From Mobula hypostoma (lineage: Eukaryota): a stretch of DNA of 64,000 nt. The DNA lies in contig NC_086097.1 of NCBI RefSeq assembly GCF_963921235.1, positions 157,482,001 through 157,546,000 of the forward strand. The letters are read 5' to 3'. Below the pieces are notes generated by a model. It had not been told where the DNA came from. It saw only the letters and a list, made by a program, of their open reading frames with translations, and searched no databases. A program made the translations under genes and the position numbers. Of this stretch, positions 39,281 through 53,313 are shown piece by piece (position 1 is the stretch's first letter; every line of letters starts with the position of its first letter).

Positions 39281-40290
39281 TCAACTTCAGAGCAGATCCA
39301 GGTTGCTTGTAACATCAAGCTGGTGCCGCCATTCACTCATAAAATAGGCAATCTAAGTTTAAACTCAACTCAGCATTCATGTTGACCTACAGTGATATTT
39401 CATTCCCTTGCTTATTAAGAATCTATGCACCTGTCTTAAAAATAATCAAGCGCTGTTTTCACTATCTTTTGAGGAAGAGAATTCAAAATACTCATGATCA
39501 TCAGAGAGAAAAATGGTCCCCTCATCGCTCTTAAATGGGTAGCCCCTTTATTTTTAAGCAGTGACTTAGTTCAAGACGCTCCCACAAGAAGAAACATCCT
39601 TTCAATATCAACCTTCAGAATACTATATTTTTGATTCAATGTGAATTCTCTGACTTTGGCCTTTAACTCCCAGCAAAATAAGGAGAAAAACTTTGTAAGA
39701 GAAATTAATTCAAAGGCCTACACTGTTAGATGATATACCTTTCTCTAGTTTAATGACCTAATTTAACAAACATCAGTATTGGATCTCAGAGTACTCATTG
39801 CAACTACACAGAGCAGAAAGATAGCTACATCTCTGCAGTGCTAAAAACAGTCACTATATGTGTTCTATTGAGCTTAAATGGTTGAGTGGTAGATCCACTC
39901 AGTATCTCAACTAAAGCAATTTGATACGGCAATTCTAGAAACAAGAAGTAATTCTTATGAAGACATATAAAGCAAGAGTAAACAACCGCACAATGATATA
40001 TTGGTAAATTGGTTTATTAACTCAGGAAATGGATATAGTCTATAGAGGTGAGGGAAACAACAGTGAGGTCATGGACTACATATAGACTACAGAGGAGGAG
40101 GCCTTTGCTGCTTTAAGGCAAATTAGGGTAGATAAATCCCCAGGACCTGACCAGGTGTTCCATCGGACCTTGTGCAGGCTAGTGCAGAAAATGCAGGGAA
40201 CCTAGGTGAGATACTTAAGATGCCCTTAACAGCAGGTAAAGTGCCAAAAGAATGGAGAAGAGCAAATATTGTTCGTTGTTTAAGAAAGGA

Positions 40291-43200
40291 AAGACAGCTA
40301 GCACTAACTACATGTACAGAGCTTACATTTGCATCTATGAAATTGGCACTGACAGGATTTTTGGAGAAAAGGCTTGACAAGACAACAGTCGGAATTAGTT
40401 TGAGCCCAGAAATGTATACTTCACTGAACAGAAATGAGAGTACAGCAAGCATAGGTCCCAGATTGACCAGATAAGGGTACCATTACCTGGCACAAATCCA
40501 TTAAACAAGTATGGCAGAGATCGAAATGTGCAATTTGTCAAAATACTTACCACTGGGCAAGAAAGTGTCCACTCAAAAATTGACATGTTAGGCTAACTGA
40601 AGAAAATAACAAATCTGAAGGTGAAGAAGAGTGCCATATCACATTGATTGCAAAGGAATCATTTACTAATGCAGAGATTTTGATGACAGAATCTCTAGGA
40701 TCTGCTGTTATTGATACAGCATACACGTGCATAGTGTGTGGAGAAAAATGTCTTGGAAGCTACGTTAGTGAACTAAACCAGAATGAAGTGCATAACCTGG
40801 TGAACACGGACACACCCAGTTACAAAGCATTCAAATTTGAAGATAGGAAGATTGTAAATTCAATGAAAAGAATGAAAATTCCCGCAAAAATAGGGCAGAC
40901 AAAATGTTACACTGAAACGGATGTGGAACCAGTGAACATTCTATTACTCTTGAATAAAACCTTCCTAAGGAAAGCAGAGGCAGTATTGGATATGGAGAAT
41001 GACCAAGTAATGATATTTCAACAGCCAGTGTCTCTTGAGATCACCAACTCTAGACATTACTGTGTGAACATTCTAGATAAAGACTTACAGAGAATCGATA
41101 TGAGAATGAAGTACCAACCGTCATGACCACAAATGAGAAAGGCAAAAACATTGCTCAAGCTTCACAAGCAGTTCTTCATGCTTCGATTGATAGACTTCAG
41201 AAACTGCTCAGGAGTTCAGGAAACAAAGATGCAGATTATTTTTCCATTCTAAAGCAGATAGTTGATAGCTGTAAGACACACCAAAAGTTTGGTAAGCTCA
41301 AACCCAAGCCTGTGGTTGATCTGCCATTAGCAGCTGAGTACAATGAAACAGTAGCAGTAGACCTACATGAACTGGAGCAAGGAGCATGGTATCTCCACAT
41401 CATTGAAGAGTTCACACGTTTCAGTGCTGGTAACACAGTTGGAACAAACAGACCCTCAGAGACTGTAAAAAAAAACACTTCATCCATTCCCGGATAAGTG
41501 CGCATAGCCCACCTCAGAAAGTATTTAGTGCTAACGTGGTGAATTTATTAATGATTAATTCAGAGATATGGTGGAGAAATTTAACATGGAAACAAAGACG
41601 ATGGTGGCATACGGTACTTGGAGTAATGGACTTCTGGAGCGATGCAATCAAATGCTTACGGAAATAGTGTGGCTAAAGATAAGCAATAACTGTGATTGGA
41701 ACACAGTACTGGACTAGGCCCTTATGGCAAAGAGTACCATGCACAATGTACACGGCTATAGCCCATATCAAATGGCGCTTTGCCAGAATGCAAACCTTCA
41801 CTCTGTGCTGGCTGACAAGCCACCTGATCTCGAGGGCACTACTAGGAGTGAGTGGGTTGGGAAACATATTTCAGCACTGCATGCATCAAGGAAGGCTTTC
41901 TGTGAAGCAGAGTGTTCAGAGAGAATTCGATGAGGGCTCAGGTCCGTCTTACAGATGAGAAATATGAGACGGGGGACAAAGTGTATTACAAAAGAGTAAA
42001 CATTACAGAACGGAAAGGTCCTGGAGCTGTGACTAGTCAGGATGGAGTTGTGCCAGACATGAATGTGGCATTGTGAACATGTGAGAGTGCAACATTCCAG
42101 ACTACGTAAAACACAACCTGAAGATGATCAGAATTCCAAGAAGAGTGGCACAAGAAACAAAAAGTACTTACCAGTTACAGAGTCACATTGCACAGACAGT
42201 GCTGAATAGAGTGTAGCTGAGGATCCAACAGATTTGCTCAATAGTAGCACAGACAGTGCTGAAGAGAATGCAGTTGAGGTCTCAACAGACTTACTTCAAC
42301 AGAAATCATCACAAGTGCAAGAACAACATGGATGTTTCAGTCTTAAAACGGGACAAACTGTGAAATTTGTAGACCGAGATACTGATATCTCATACAAGCT
42401 GAAGTCTTGGGCGAGCAGGCAAAGCCACTGGAAGAAACAAAAGTCGGTGCAACTTGAATTACCTAGAACCAGCCACAGTCACTGGCACTGCAGAGTCAGA
42501 CAACCTGTCACGTGTAGACAGACTTCATATTGAACCAAGTAAAGATCAGGCTGGACCACTGAGAAATGTCAAGTGGAAGATGTCCTTGTAACTAAGGAGG
42601 TGTCATTTGAATCTGAAGAACAGGATAAAATCAATAGTTGGAGAAGTAATGGAGTGTTTGAGGAAGTCAGACACTGGCCAAAAGACAGTGTCTACAAAAT
42701 GGGTGTGCATCCTAAAAGAAACCCCCAACAGGGATCACGCTAAAAGCATGCCTGGTAGCTGGAGGATTCGAGGAACTGAAGTTAAAAGAACTTCAAAAAG
42801 ACTCACCAACATGTGCATCAGACTCTCTCCGGCTACTTCTTTCAGTGATATGTCAAAAGCATTAGCAACCCCATTCCACAGACATAAAATCCATATTCTT
42901 ACAGGGAATGGAGCTGTCATGTGACATTTACATTGAACCCCTGCTGAAGCCAGAAATGAAGGAACACAGTGGAATTTCAAAACGTCTGTGTATGGTCCAG
43001 CAGATGCATCATTCTACTGGTAGAAAATAATGCATTTTATACCAGTAGAATGATATAAAATTCAAGAAATAATGTTGAAAACATGTGGAAAGATGTCACG
43101 TTTTTTTTAAACTGGCAAGGTCGAGACTGTTATGTGATTGGAATACTTGCCTGTTATGTAGATGTCTTCACATGGGGAGGTTCACAAATCTTTGCTACAA

Positions 43201-45373
43201 CAGTTATCCCTCAGCTAAAGTCAGACTTTTAGGTTGGACGTAAGGAATATGACAGATTCTACTATGTAGGGATAGACATCCTTGCTGTTGATGGAACTGC
43301 ACAATTGCACCAAGAAAGCTACATAAGGAATCTTCAGACAATCCACATGGAATCCCCATGTGCCACACAGTGAGATTCACCCTTATTGAAGCTGAAGCTA
43401 AGCAAATTAGGTCAAAGATATGCCAGATTCTGTGGGTGGCAAGGCACAGCAGACCTCACATCACAACTTGGCATCCAGCAAAAAGATGCCACAGTACAAA
43501 CTTTACATGAGGCAAACAAGACAGTGCAATACTCAATCTGAAAAGGTATTCACTACAGCTCATTGCCTTCAGTAATGCCTCACTTGGAAACCTTACTGAG
43601 GCAGGTACGCAAGGGGACATTTTATTGTACCGACTGGAGAAGAGGTAAGATTTTCACCTTTCTGTTGGCAATCAAAAAGGATCCCAAGAATTGTATGCAG
43701 TATGCTGGCAAGAAAAACCCTTGCAATCTCTGATGGCATTGACAACGCTGCTTATCTGGCTACACTCTATTCTAAGATTGTCCATGCAGACCCAAAGAAG
43801 AACACTCTACAAATAACTTCTGTTACAGACAACTTCTCTCTGGTTGGTGCCCTCAAATCAGTTACAGAAAAGAGGCTTTGCCTAGAGATAAGCAGCACCA
43901 AGGAAATTGCCCAAGCACAGAAAGTTCATCATGTGCTATGGTCAACAACAAAGAAATGACTCAATGACTCTCTCAAAGGAGGGAGCACCAGTTCTTGTGC
44001 TGCAGAAGGCACTTAGAGAAGGCATTTGGTACTTTAAGAACAGTATCTTAAGGTAGGGATTAATGGGTCCTTTTCAGAATAGCAGGCAGTGACTACTGGG
44101 GTACCCTAGGGTTCAGTGCTGGGACCACAGCTGTTTACAATATATATTAATGATTTAGATGAGGGAATTAAAAGTAACATTAGCAAATTTGCCGATGACA
44201 CAAAGCTGGGTGGCAGTGTGAAATGTGAGGAGGATGTTATGAGAATGCAGGGTGAATTGGACAGGCTGGGTGAGTGGGCAGATGCATGGCAGATGCAGTT
44301 TAATGTGAGGTTATCCACTCTGATGGTAAGAACGGAAAGGCAGATTATTATCTAAATGGAGTCAAGTTAGGAAAAGGGGAAGTACAACGAGATCTAGGTG
44401 TTCTTGTACATCAGTCACTGAAAGCAAGTATGCAAGTACAGCAGGCAGTGAAGAAAGCTAATGGCATGCTGGCCTTCATAACAAGGGGAATTGAGTATTA
44501 TAGCAAAGAGGTCCTTCTGCAGCTGTACAGGGCCCTGGTGAGACCACACCTGGAGTACTGTGTGCAGTTTTGGTCTCCAAATTTGAGGAAGGACATTCTT
44601 GCTATTGAGGGAGTGCAGCGTAGGTTCACAAGGTTAATTCCCGGGATGGCGGGACTGTCATATGTCGAAAGATTGGAGCAACTGGGCTTGTATACTCTGG
44701 AATTTAGAAGGCTGAGGGGGGATCTTATTGAAACATATAAGATTATTAAGGGACTGGACATGTTCCTGCTGATGGGTGAGTCCAGAACCAGAGGCCACAG
44801 TTTAAGAATAAGAGGTAGACCATTTAGAACATAGTTAAGGAAAAACTTTCTCACACAGAGGGTTCTGGTTCTGTGGAATGCTCTGCCACAGAAGGCAGTG
44901 GAGGCCAATTCTCTGGATTTTTTCCGGAAAGAGTTAGATAGCGCTCTTAAAGATAGCGGAGTCAAGGGTTATGGGGAGAAGGCAGGAAAAGGGTATGCTT
45001 GTAGATGATCAGCCATGATCACAGTGAATGGCGGTGCTGGCTCCAAGGGCTGAATGGCCTACTCCTGCACCTATTGTCTATTGTCTCTCTATATCAAGGG
45101 TTAGAACCAATTCCTATATCCTAATGGACATTTGAATTGATTTTTTTTTAAACTTTTGATTTTTTTAAATATACATAAAAAGGATAGAAGATTGCTGAGT
45201 TCTGTAAGCATTCAGTTGGGATGCATGCTTTCCCTGTTATGGACATGTGTGCGGGGGGGGGCAGTTGAGAGGAGTATTGTGGGTAAGAAGATGGCTGCCC
45301 TCATGTACTGAAAAAGTAAAGTTGTTTAAATGAAAGAAAATATTGTCTTTGTTGTTTGAGCATTACCATTACA
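40291..45373 (+). mobile_element. Decayed Ty1/copia LTR retrotransposon (GalEa-like), 5' part missing, interrupted by CR1 at about 44050-45087
   Basis: Domain order is protease (AVIDTA...VCG), integrase (LHAS...CKT; ETVAVDL...LHIIEEFTRFS), RT (VSTKWV), RNase H (LARKTLAISDGIDNA; VTDNFSL). Purine tract then a TG...CA candidate LTR at about 45193-45373. Confidence 0.75.
44050..45087 (+). mobile_element. CR1-clade LINE 3' part
   Basis: KFADDTKLGG, LYRALVRPHLEYCVQFW; (ctattgt)n tail. Confidence 0.9.
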
Positions 45374-45421
45374 CAGTGAGCAGTACACCACTGATGACTG
45401 CAAAAGAACAGAAGAATCTGT

Positions 45422-46118
45422 GAATACAGATCCATAATTCCTTGAAATTGGCATCTCAGATAGAAAGGGTTGTAAAGAGAGCTTTTAGCACATTGACGCT
45501 GTGCTAAATGTTACGCTGAATGTTACGCTGAAGTTGTATAAGACATTGGTGAGGTCTAATTTGGAGTATTGTGTGCTGTTCTGGTCACCTACCTACAGGA
45601 AAGGTATCAAAAAGACTGAAAGAGTACAGAGAAAATTTACAAGGATCTTGCCAGGATTTGAGGACCTGAGTTATCAGGAAAAGTTGAACAGGTTAGTAGT
45701 TTGTAATTTACTCCCTGAGCGTAAGAAAATGAGGAGAGATTTGATACAGGTATACAAAATTATGAGGGGTATAGATAGGTTAAATGCAAGCAGGTTTTTT
45801 TCCACTGAGGTTGCATGACACTAGAACTAGAGGTCATGGGTTAAGAGTGAAAGGTGAAATATTTAAGGGTAACATGAAAGGTAACTTCTTCACTCAAAGG
45901 GTGGTGAGAGTGTTGAATAAACTGGCAGCGGATATGGTGGATAAGGGGTCAATTTCAACATTTAGGAGAAATTTAGATAGGTACATGGATGGAAGGATAT
46001 GAAGGGCTATGGTCCATGTGCAGGCCCATGAGACCAGACAGATTAATAGTTTGGTATGGACCTGATAGGCCAAAGGGCCTGTTTCTGTACTGTGGTGTTC
46101 TATGATTCTATGACTCTA
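45422..46118 (+). mobile_element. CR1-clade LINE 3' part (probable continuation of the fragment at about 40040-40290)
   Basis: LYKTLVRSNLEYCVLFW, RTRGHGLRV; (ttctatga)n tail. Confidence 0.85.
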
Positions 46119-49100
46119 ACAGTGCATTGTGGTAGCATGTAAAACTATAACAGAGTGCAGAATAAAGTGTTACATTATACAGAAAGGGTAGTGCAGGTAA
46201 ACAGTAAGATTCAATGTCACAAAAAAGTAGATTGCGATGTCAAGATTCCATGTTATTGTGCTAAGGAAACATTTAAGTCTTCAACAGCAGGATTGAAGCT
46301 GTCCTTGAGGAATCTTAACATCAGGACATTTTAGTAAGCGAATCAGCCTTCTCATGATCATGTAATGGCTAAAACATGGACGTCAAGGTTTTCATGATTT
46401 GTAATGTCTTATTTACATGGCCACGGAGACAGGTAAACAGAGGTGCTACCAGTTGGGTATAAACTAGTTCAATGACAAAGAATGCTCAAAATTCTGCACT
46501 GCGTACATTTGACTCAATGGTCCTCTGCAGTTTAGGGACCTAATCTGTTGACAGGATCTGAAAGGAAGAAACATTGACAACTACTCTATCAGGTACATGG
46601 ATAGGAAAGGTTTCGAGGGTTATGGCCCAAATACCACAAATAGGATTAATTCAGGTGGGCAAATTGGTGAGCATGGACAAGTTCAGTCAAAGGATATGTT
46701 TTAATGCAGTATGACTGTAACTTTCTCCATGACTCTAAATGACAAAAACTTTTCATATTGGAGTTCTTAACAATTCTTGGTCAGATTCGTATTTAGTAAG
46801 TGATGGTGTTGAGTACATGTTTACTGCACTTACAACAAGTGAAAGAGAATCTACTTCTAATTAAACTATATGAGCAAGAGAACATGGTATTAAACATTTA
46901 CAGTATACCTCTGGCAGATATATGTATGTACTGCTCAGTATGGAACAACTACATACTGTAAAGCCCAAAGCACACCAACATGTCATTTTAACGCTAATGC
47001 TTTCGGGATAGAATTGAGTGTTTTGAAATGATCCTCTTTTCACTGACCTTGATTTAGGCTGATTATCTGCAGAAAAACAATGAACACTTTACATCAATTC
47101 TACCTAATATAGGGCAATTCTACCCAATTACCAAAATAAATCATCTATCATCAAAGGTCTCCATAATCTGGGCCATGCCATCTCTGCAGATACCATCAGG
47201 CAGTAAGAACAGAAGCCTGAAGTCCCACGTTATCAGGTTAAAGATCAGCCACTTTCTTCCAAGTATTTCTTTCTTGAATCAACCAGTTAAAGCATAATCA
47301 TTACAATTTAGCAACATTATAAGCATTTTGATCAGTTCACACTAAAATGGACATTTGTGTGTTCTAATTGTATTCCTTCTTGTAAGAATTGTGTACAAGT
47401 TATTTTAATTCATGTTTTTCTTGTGAATGTTGCTTCTATGAAGCTATGTGCCTGTGATTTGCTGCAACAATGTTTTTCATTGCATCTGTGTATATTCGTG
47501 CTCGTGAATATGATAATCAACTTTAAATTTAATTATTTTAATATTGCTCTCCATGCTCACCCATTGACATGTTCAGGGGTTTGGCTGATGGGGGAAGGTG
47601 GGAAAGTGGAACCATTTATTCTCATGCTCTGTTTTAACAATCTCTGTTTGCCACTACATTTTTCTACCTTATTATCATCACTTCTTTTCTACCTCCCTCG
47701 ATCACATGCTCCTCAGTCTCACATCTAGATGTCATAGGTCTTCCTTTGGTGCTGAATCTTGCAAATGTAATTAAATAATAGTTCAGTTCACAAAAACAAA
47801 TTCCCCTTGTCTCCACAATATTTAATTGGAATCACCACATTACAGGTGCATATTTTATTATTTTATGCATGTTCATTACACCATTACTGATGCACCAATT
47901 CTGACAGACTCAAATTACATTCTAATTCAAAGGAAATTTAAATGGGTAGTCAACTCTTGTTTATCAACAATAATTATCTTCAAAAACAGAATCTGTCTCA
48001 AAAAAATGGACAGAAGCTTAATTACTTAGATTACATATTTTGAGCAGATAGGTCAGGTTTTAATGTAATTAAACAAATGATCAAATTGCAAGATGCTAAA
48101 AATCAATGTTTGTGCTATTGGTAACATAGACACACTATGTTTGCCTATTATTTTACGTGTCTGCAATGCTGAAAGAGCAATGACCCACTTAAATTAAATC
48201 ACTTAACACAAATATTAAAATAATTGTCAATAGAATATCATGCTAAGTGTTCTATTAACTACAGGCATTTCAAATGTAAGATATCTCAGGCTATCTGAGA
48301 ATACAGGTTGTCTTACTGGACATTTTAAAAAGGTAGATCTCATTTTTATGAATTTTCAGACCTGTACAGTATTGAATAGTCAACGAAAATGCTACAAAAA
48401 ATTCTTGTTCATGTTTGCTGCTGGGCATGTTTATGCCACAGCAAATGCCTGATGTGCCACAGTATGAATTACTGTGACATAAAGATGAGGACAACCTTAG
48501 AGGCAACCTAATGCTCTATGAAGTCAGTGGTGTCACTTCAATATCATCACTGTACAAATCCTTTTTACAAAGGTAACTAAAATCTCTCTTTTTGTACTCT
48601 TCAGGGTGAGATTTTAACACACAAAAATGGAACACCAATTGCAGCACGTCAGCATAAAGCATTGTCCGAATGACTATGGCGAAATGCAAAGTGAAGCTGC
48701 TCCTACGCTGCCTTAACAATTAGCTTTCCTCCATCACAGGGAAAATAGCCCTAATCGAGGATTATTTTTCCCATTTCCTACAGCTGCCATTTTATGGTCT
48801 CACTGTTTGTATTTGCTAATCTAATACCAGTTATTCTGAAAGCCCGATCATGTTTCTGCAATACCAGTAGGCAGAAGCCTTCACATCAGTGTAGGCTTTC
48901 TTTGATACCAGGCCAAGTCAGTTGACAAAAATGACTTGATTAGCAGCCCCAGCTGGTATTGTACAAATACAGAATGGTACATGACAGAATGATACATTTA
49001 GCCCTTCATCCTTGTGCCAAATCTTTGAAACAGCGATTAAATTAGTCCCAATCTCCTGCACATTCCCAAATGTCCAGAAATTGTCCCCACTTTAAGAAAT

Positions 49101-49197
49101 TACACAATTGGCATATGAAAGTTATTATTAAATTGTCTTTTAGGCAGAGCATTCTATATTATATAACATGTTCTGGAAAAATAAAACTAAATCTCTT

Positions 49198-51869
49198 CAT
49201 TTTCCTCTCACCCCAAACCTCCCCTCTCCATTGACACCCCCAGCCTCCCCCCTCCCCCCTCTGATCCCAGCTCTCATCCATGCCGGGTCTTTACCATCCC
49301 CTCCGACCTTCAACTGACGGAGGCAGAACGCTCGGTCCTCAGTAAGGGCCTCATCTTTGTCCCCCTTCGCCCACACTTCAGCGAGTTCCGCATTCGCCAT
49401 GATGCGGAACTCTTCTTCCGCCGTCTCCGTCTCCGAGCCTACTTCTTCGGCAAGGACTCTTCCACCCCCACCGATGACCCCTTCTCCCGTCTTCAACACT
49501 CCTCTTCTTCATGGACATCCCGCTCTGGTCTTCTGCCTGCTCTGGATCTCTTTATCGCTAACTGCCGACGGGACATCAACCGTCTCGACTTCACCACACC
49601 TTGTCCCCATTCCAACCTCACTCTTTCGGAACGCTCGGCTCTCCACTCCCTCCGCACTAATCCTAACCTTACTATTAAACCTGCCGATAAGAGGGGTGCT
49701 GTTGTAGTCTGGCGTACTGACCTCTACCTTGCCGAGGCACAGCGACAACTCGCGGATACCTCCTCTTATTTATCCCTTGATCGTGACCCCACTAAGGAGC
49801 ACCAGGCCATTGTCTCCCACACCATCACCGACTTTATCCGCTCAGGGGATCTCCCATCCACTGCTACCAACCTTATAGTTCCCACACCTCGCACTTCCCA
49901 TTTCTACCTCCTACCCAAGATCCACAAACCTGCCTGTCCTGGCCGACCTATTGTCTCAGCTTGCACCTGCCCCACTGAACTCGTTTCTGCATACCTTGAC
50001 ACGGTTTTATCCCCCCTTGTTCAATCCCTTCCTACCTACGTTTGTGACACTTCTCACACTCTTAAACTTTTCGATAATTTTAAGTTCCCTGGCCCCCACC
50101 ACTTTATTTTCACCATGGATGTCCAGTCCCTATATACTTCCATCCCCCATCAGGAAGGTCTCAAAGCTCTACGCTTCTTTTTGGATTCCAGACCTAATCA
50201 GTTCCCCGCTACCACCACTCTGCTCCGTCTAGCGGAATTAGTCCTTACTCTTAATAATTTCTCCTTTGGCTCCTCCCACTTCCTCCAAACTAAAGGTGTA
50301 GCTATGGGCACCCGTATGGGTCCTAGCTATGCCTGCCTTTTTGTTGGCTTTGTGGAACAATCTATGTTCTGTGCCTATTCTGGTATCTGTCCCCCACTTT
50401 TCCTTCGCTACATCAACGACTGCATTGGCACTGCTTCCTGCGCGCATGCAGAGCTCGTTGACTTTATTAATTTTGCCTCCAACTTTCACCCTGCCCTTAA
50501 GTTTACCTGGTCCATTTCCGACACCTCTCTCCCCTTTCTAGATCTTTCTGTCTCTGTCTCTGGAGACAGCTTATCCACTGATGTCTACTATAAGCCGACT
50601 GACTCTCACAGCTATCTGGACTATTCCTCTTCTCACCCTGCCTCTTGCAAAAACGCCATCCCCTTCTCGCAATTCCTCCGTCTCTGCCGCATCTGCTCTC
50701 AGGATGAGGCTTTTCATTCTAGGACGAGGGAGATGTCCTCCTCTTTTAAAGAAAGGGGCTTCCCTTCCTCCACTATCAACTCTGCTCTTAAGTGCATCTC
50801 CCCCATTTCACGTACATCTGCTTTCACTCCATCCTCCCGCCACCCCACTAGGAATAGGGTTCCCCTGGTCCTCACCTACCACACCACCAGCCTCCAGGTC
50901 CAACATATTATTCTCTGTAACTTCCGCCACCTCCAACGGGACCACACCACTAAGCACATCTTTCACTCCCCCCCCCCGCTTTCCGTAGGGATCGCTCCAT
51001 ACGCGACTCCCTTGTCCATTCGTGTCCCCCATCCCTCCCCACTGATCTCCCTCCTGGCACTTATCCGTATAAGCGGAACAAGTGCTACACATGCCCTTAC
51101 ACTTCCTCCCTTACCACCACTCAGGGCCCCAAACAGTCCATCCAGGTGAGGCGACACTTCACCTGTGAGTCAGCTGGGGTGGTATACTGCGTCTGGTGCT
51201 CCCGATTAGGCCTTTTATATATTGGCGAGACCCGAGGCAGACTGGGAGACCGCTTTGTTGAACACCTACGCTCTGTCCGCCAGAGAAAGCAGAATCTCCC
51301 AGTGCCCACACATTTTAATTCCACATCTCATTCCCATTCTGACATGTCTATCCATGGCCTCCTCTACTGTAAAGATGAAGCCACACTCAGGTTGGAGGAA
51401 CAACACCTTATATTCCGTCTGGGTAGCCTCCAACCTGATGGCATGAACATCGACTTTTCTAACTTCCGCTAATGCCCCACCTCCCCCTCGTACCCCATCT
51501 GTTACTTATTTTTATACACACATTCTTTCTCTCACTCTCCTTTTTCTCCCTCTGTCCCTCTGAATATACCCCTTGCCCATCCTCTGGGTCCCCCCCACCC
51601 GTCTTTCTTCCCGGACCTCCTGTCCCATTATCCTCTCATATCCCTTTTGCCAATCACCTCTCCAGCTCTTGGCTCCATCCCTCCCCCTCCTGTCTTCTCC
51701 TATCATTTTGGATCTCCCCCTCCCCCTCCCCCTCCAACTTTCAAATTTCTTACTCACTCTTCCTTCAGTTAGTCCTGACGAAGGGTCTCAGCCTGAAACG
51801 TCGACTGCACCTCTTCCTAGAGATGCTGTCTGGCCTGCTGCGTTCACCAGTAACCTTGATGTGTGTTGC
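49198..51869 (+). mobile_element. Penelope-like element (RT + GIY-YIG endonuclease), 5'-truncated, with 11-bp TSD
   Basis: MDVQSLYTSIPH, GVAMGTRMGPSYA, LRYIND (YIDD mutated), YYKPTDSHSYL; GIY-YIG VVYCVWC...LYIGETRGRLGDRFVEH. TSD ctaaatctctt at 49187-49197 and 51870-51880. Confidence 0.93.
51771..51806 (+). ncRNA. Minimal type I hammerhead ribozyme motif of the PLE
   Basis: AGUC-CUGACGA-A-GGGUCUCAGCCU-GAAAC-GUC-GACU; stem I AGUC/GACU, palindromic loopless stem III. Confidence 0.75.
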
Positions 51870-52557
51870 CTAAATCTCTTTATCTTGTCTCTGGTTCCTT
51901 TACCAGCTACTTTAAAATTGTTTCATCTGCTTCTCAACCCTTCTGAAATAAAAACCCTTCATGATTCTGAATATTATTAATTCCACCTTTAACATTTTTT
52001 CTGCTACAACCAAGGTTTCCCAGTCTCTATAAGTAAATGAAGTTCCACATCTCAACTACCATTCCAGTAAACTTCTCAGCATACACCCTTAAGATTGGGG
52101 CCAGCTCATCATTGATCAAACTTTATTTGATCATTGTTTTTTTAGCTTAAGATGTCACAAATCTTGTGCAATTTAATAGCAACCTTCTTGATTTGCCGCC
52201 ATTTTCATTCAAGTATTACATGGATCACTCTGTTCCACTAATATTGTGCCATTTAGATTCTACAATATGCTGAAAATTCTTTCAACCAAAAGACATCACT
52301 TCACACCCTCCACATTCAATTCCATCTGTCATCAATCTGAACGCCTCACGACTCCTGACAAAGAAATGTAGGGAAGTGTAGCTAAGAGCTAATTCCTTAA
52401 AATATAAATAATGAGTGGGTCTTATTTTAAATTTTAACTCAGTGGCACTGACTGAAAAATAGAAGAGGCATTAAACACATACAGTCAAAGCACTAAGCAG
52501 GTTTCTATGAGGAGCACAATGGCTATGACTTTGTGTGTGATCGCTACTAGAAAAATA

Positions 52558-53313
52558 GTCATAGTCATACTTTATTAATTCCGGGGGAAATTGGTTTTCG
52601 TTACAGTTGCTCCATAAATAATAAATAGTAATAGAAGCATAAATAGTTAAATAGTAATATGTAAATTATGCCAGTAAATTATGAAATAAGTCCAGGACCA
52701 GCCTATTGGCTCAGGATGTCTGACCCTCCAAGGGAGGAGTTGTAAAGTTTGATGGCCACAGGCAGGAATGACTTCCTATGACGCTCAGTGCTGCATCTCG
52801 GTGGAATGAGTCTCTGGCTGAATGTACTCCTGTGCCCACCCAGTACATTATGTAGTGGATGGGAGACATTGACCAAGATGGCATGCAACTTCGACAGCAT
52901 CCTCTTTTCAGACACCACCGTGAGAGAGTCCAGTTCCATCCCCACAATATCACTGGCCTTACGAATGGGTTTGTTGATTCTGTTGGTCTCTGCCCCCCTC
53001 AGCCTGCTGCCCCAGCACACAACAGCAAACATGATAGCACTGGCCACCACAGACTCGTAGAACACCCTCAGCATCGTCCAGCAGATGTTAAAGGACCTCA
53101 GTCTCCTCAGGGAATAGAATTGGCTCTGACCCTTCTTGTAGACAGCCTCAGTGCTCTTTGACCAGTCCAGTTTATTGTCAATTCGTATCCCCAGGTATTT
53201 GTAATCCTCCACCATGTCCACATTGACCCCCTGGATGGAAACAGGGTTCACTGGTACCTTAGCTCTCCTCAGGTCTACCACCAGCTCCTTAGTCTTTTTC
53301 ACATGAAGCTGCA
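52558..53313 (-). mobile_element. Rex1/Babar-clade LINE 3' fragment
   Basis: Highly similar to 6650-7400 in reverse orientation; (gactat)n tail. Confidence 0.88.

Noticed and set aside
42190..42265. Repeated gcacagacagtgctgaa in the copia element
   Set aside because: Short duplication in the variable integrase-RT linker; no further significance seen.
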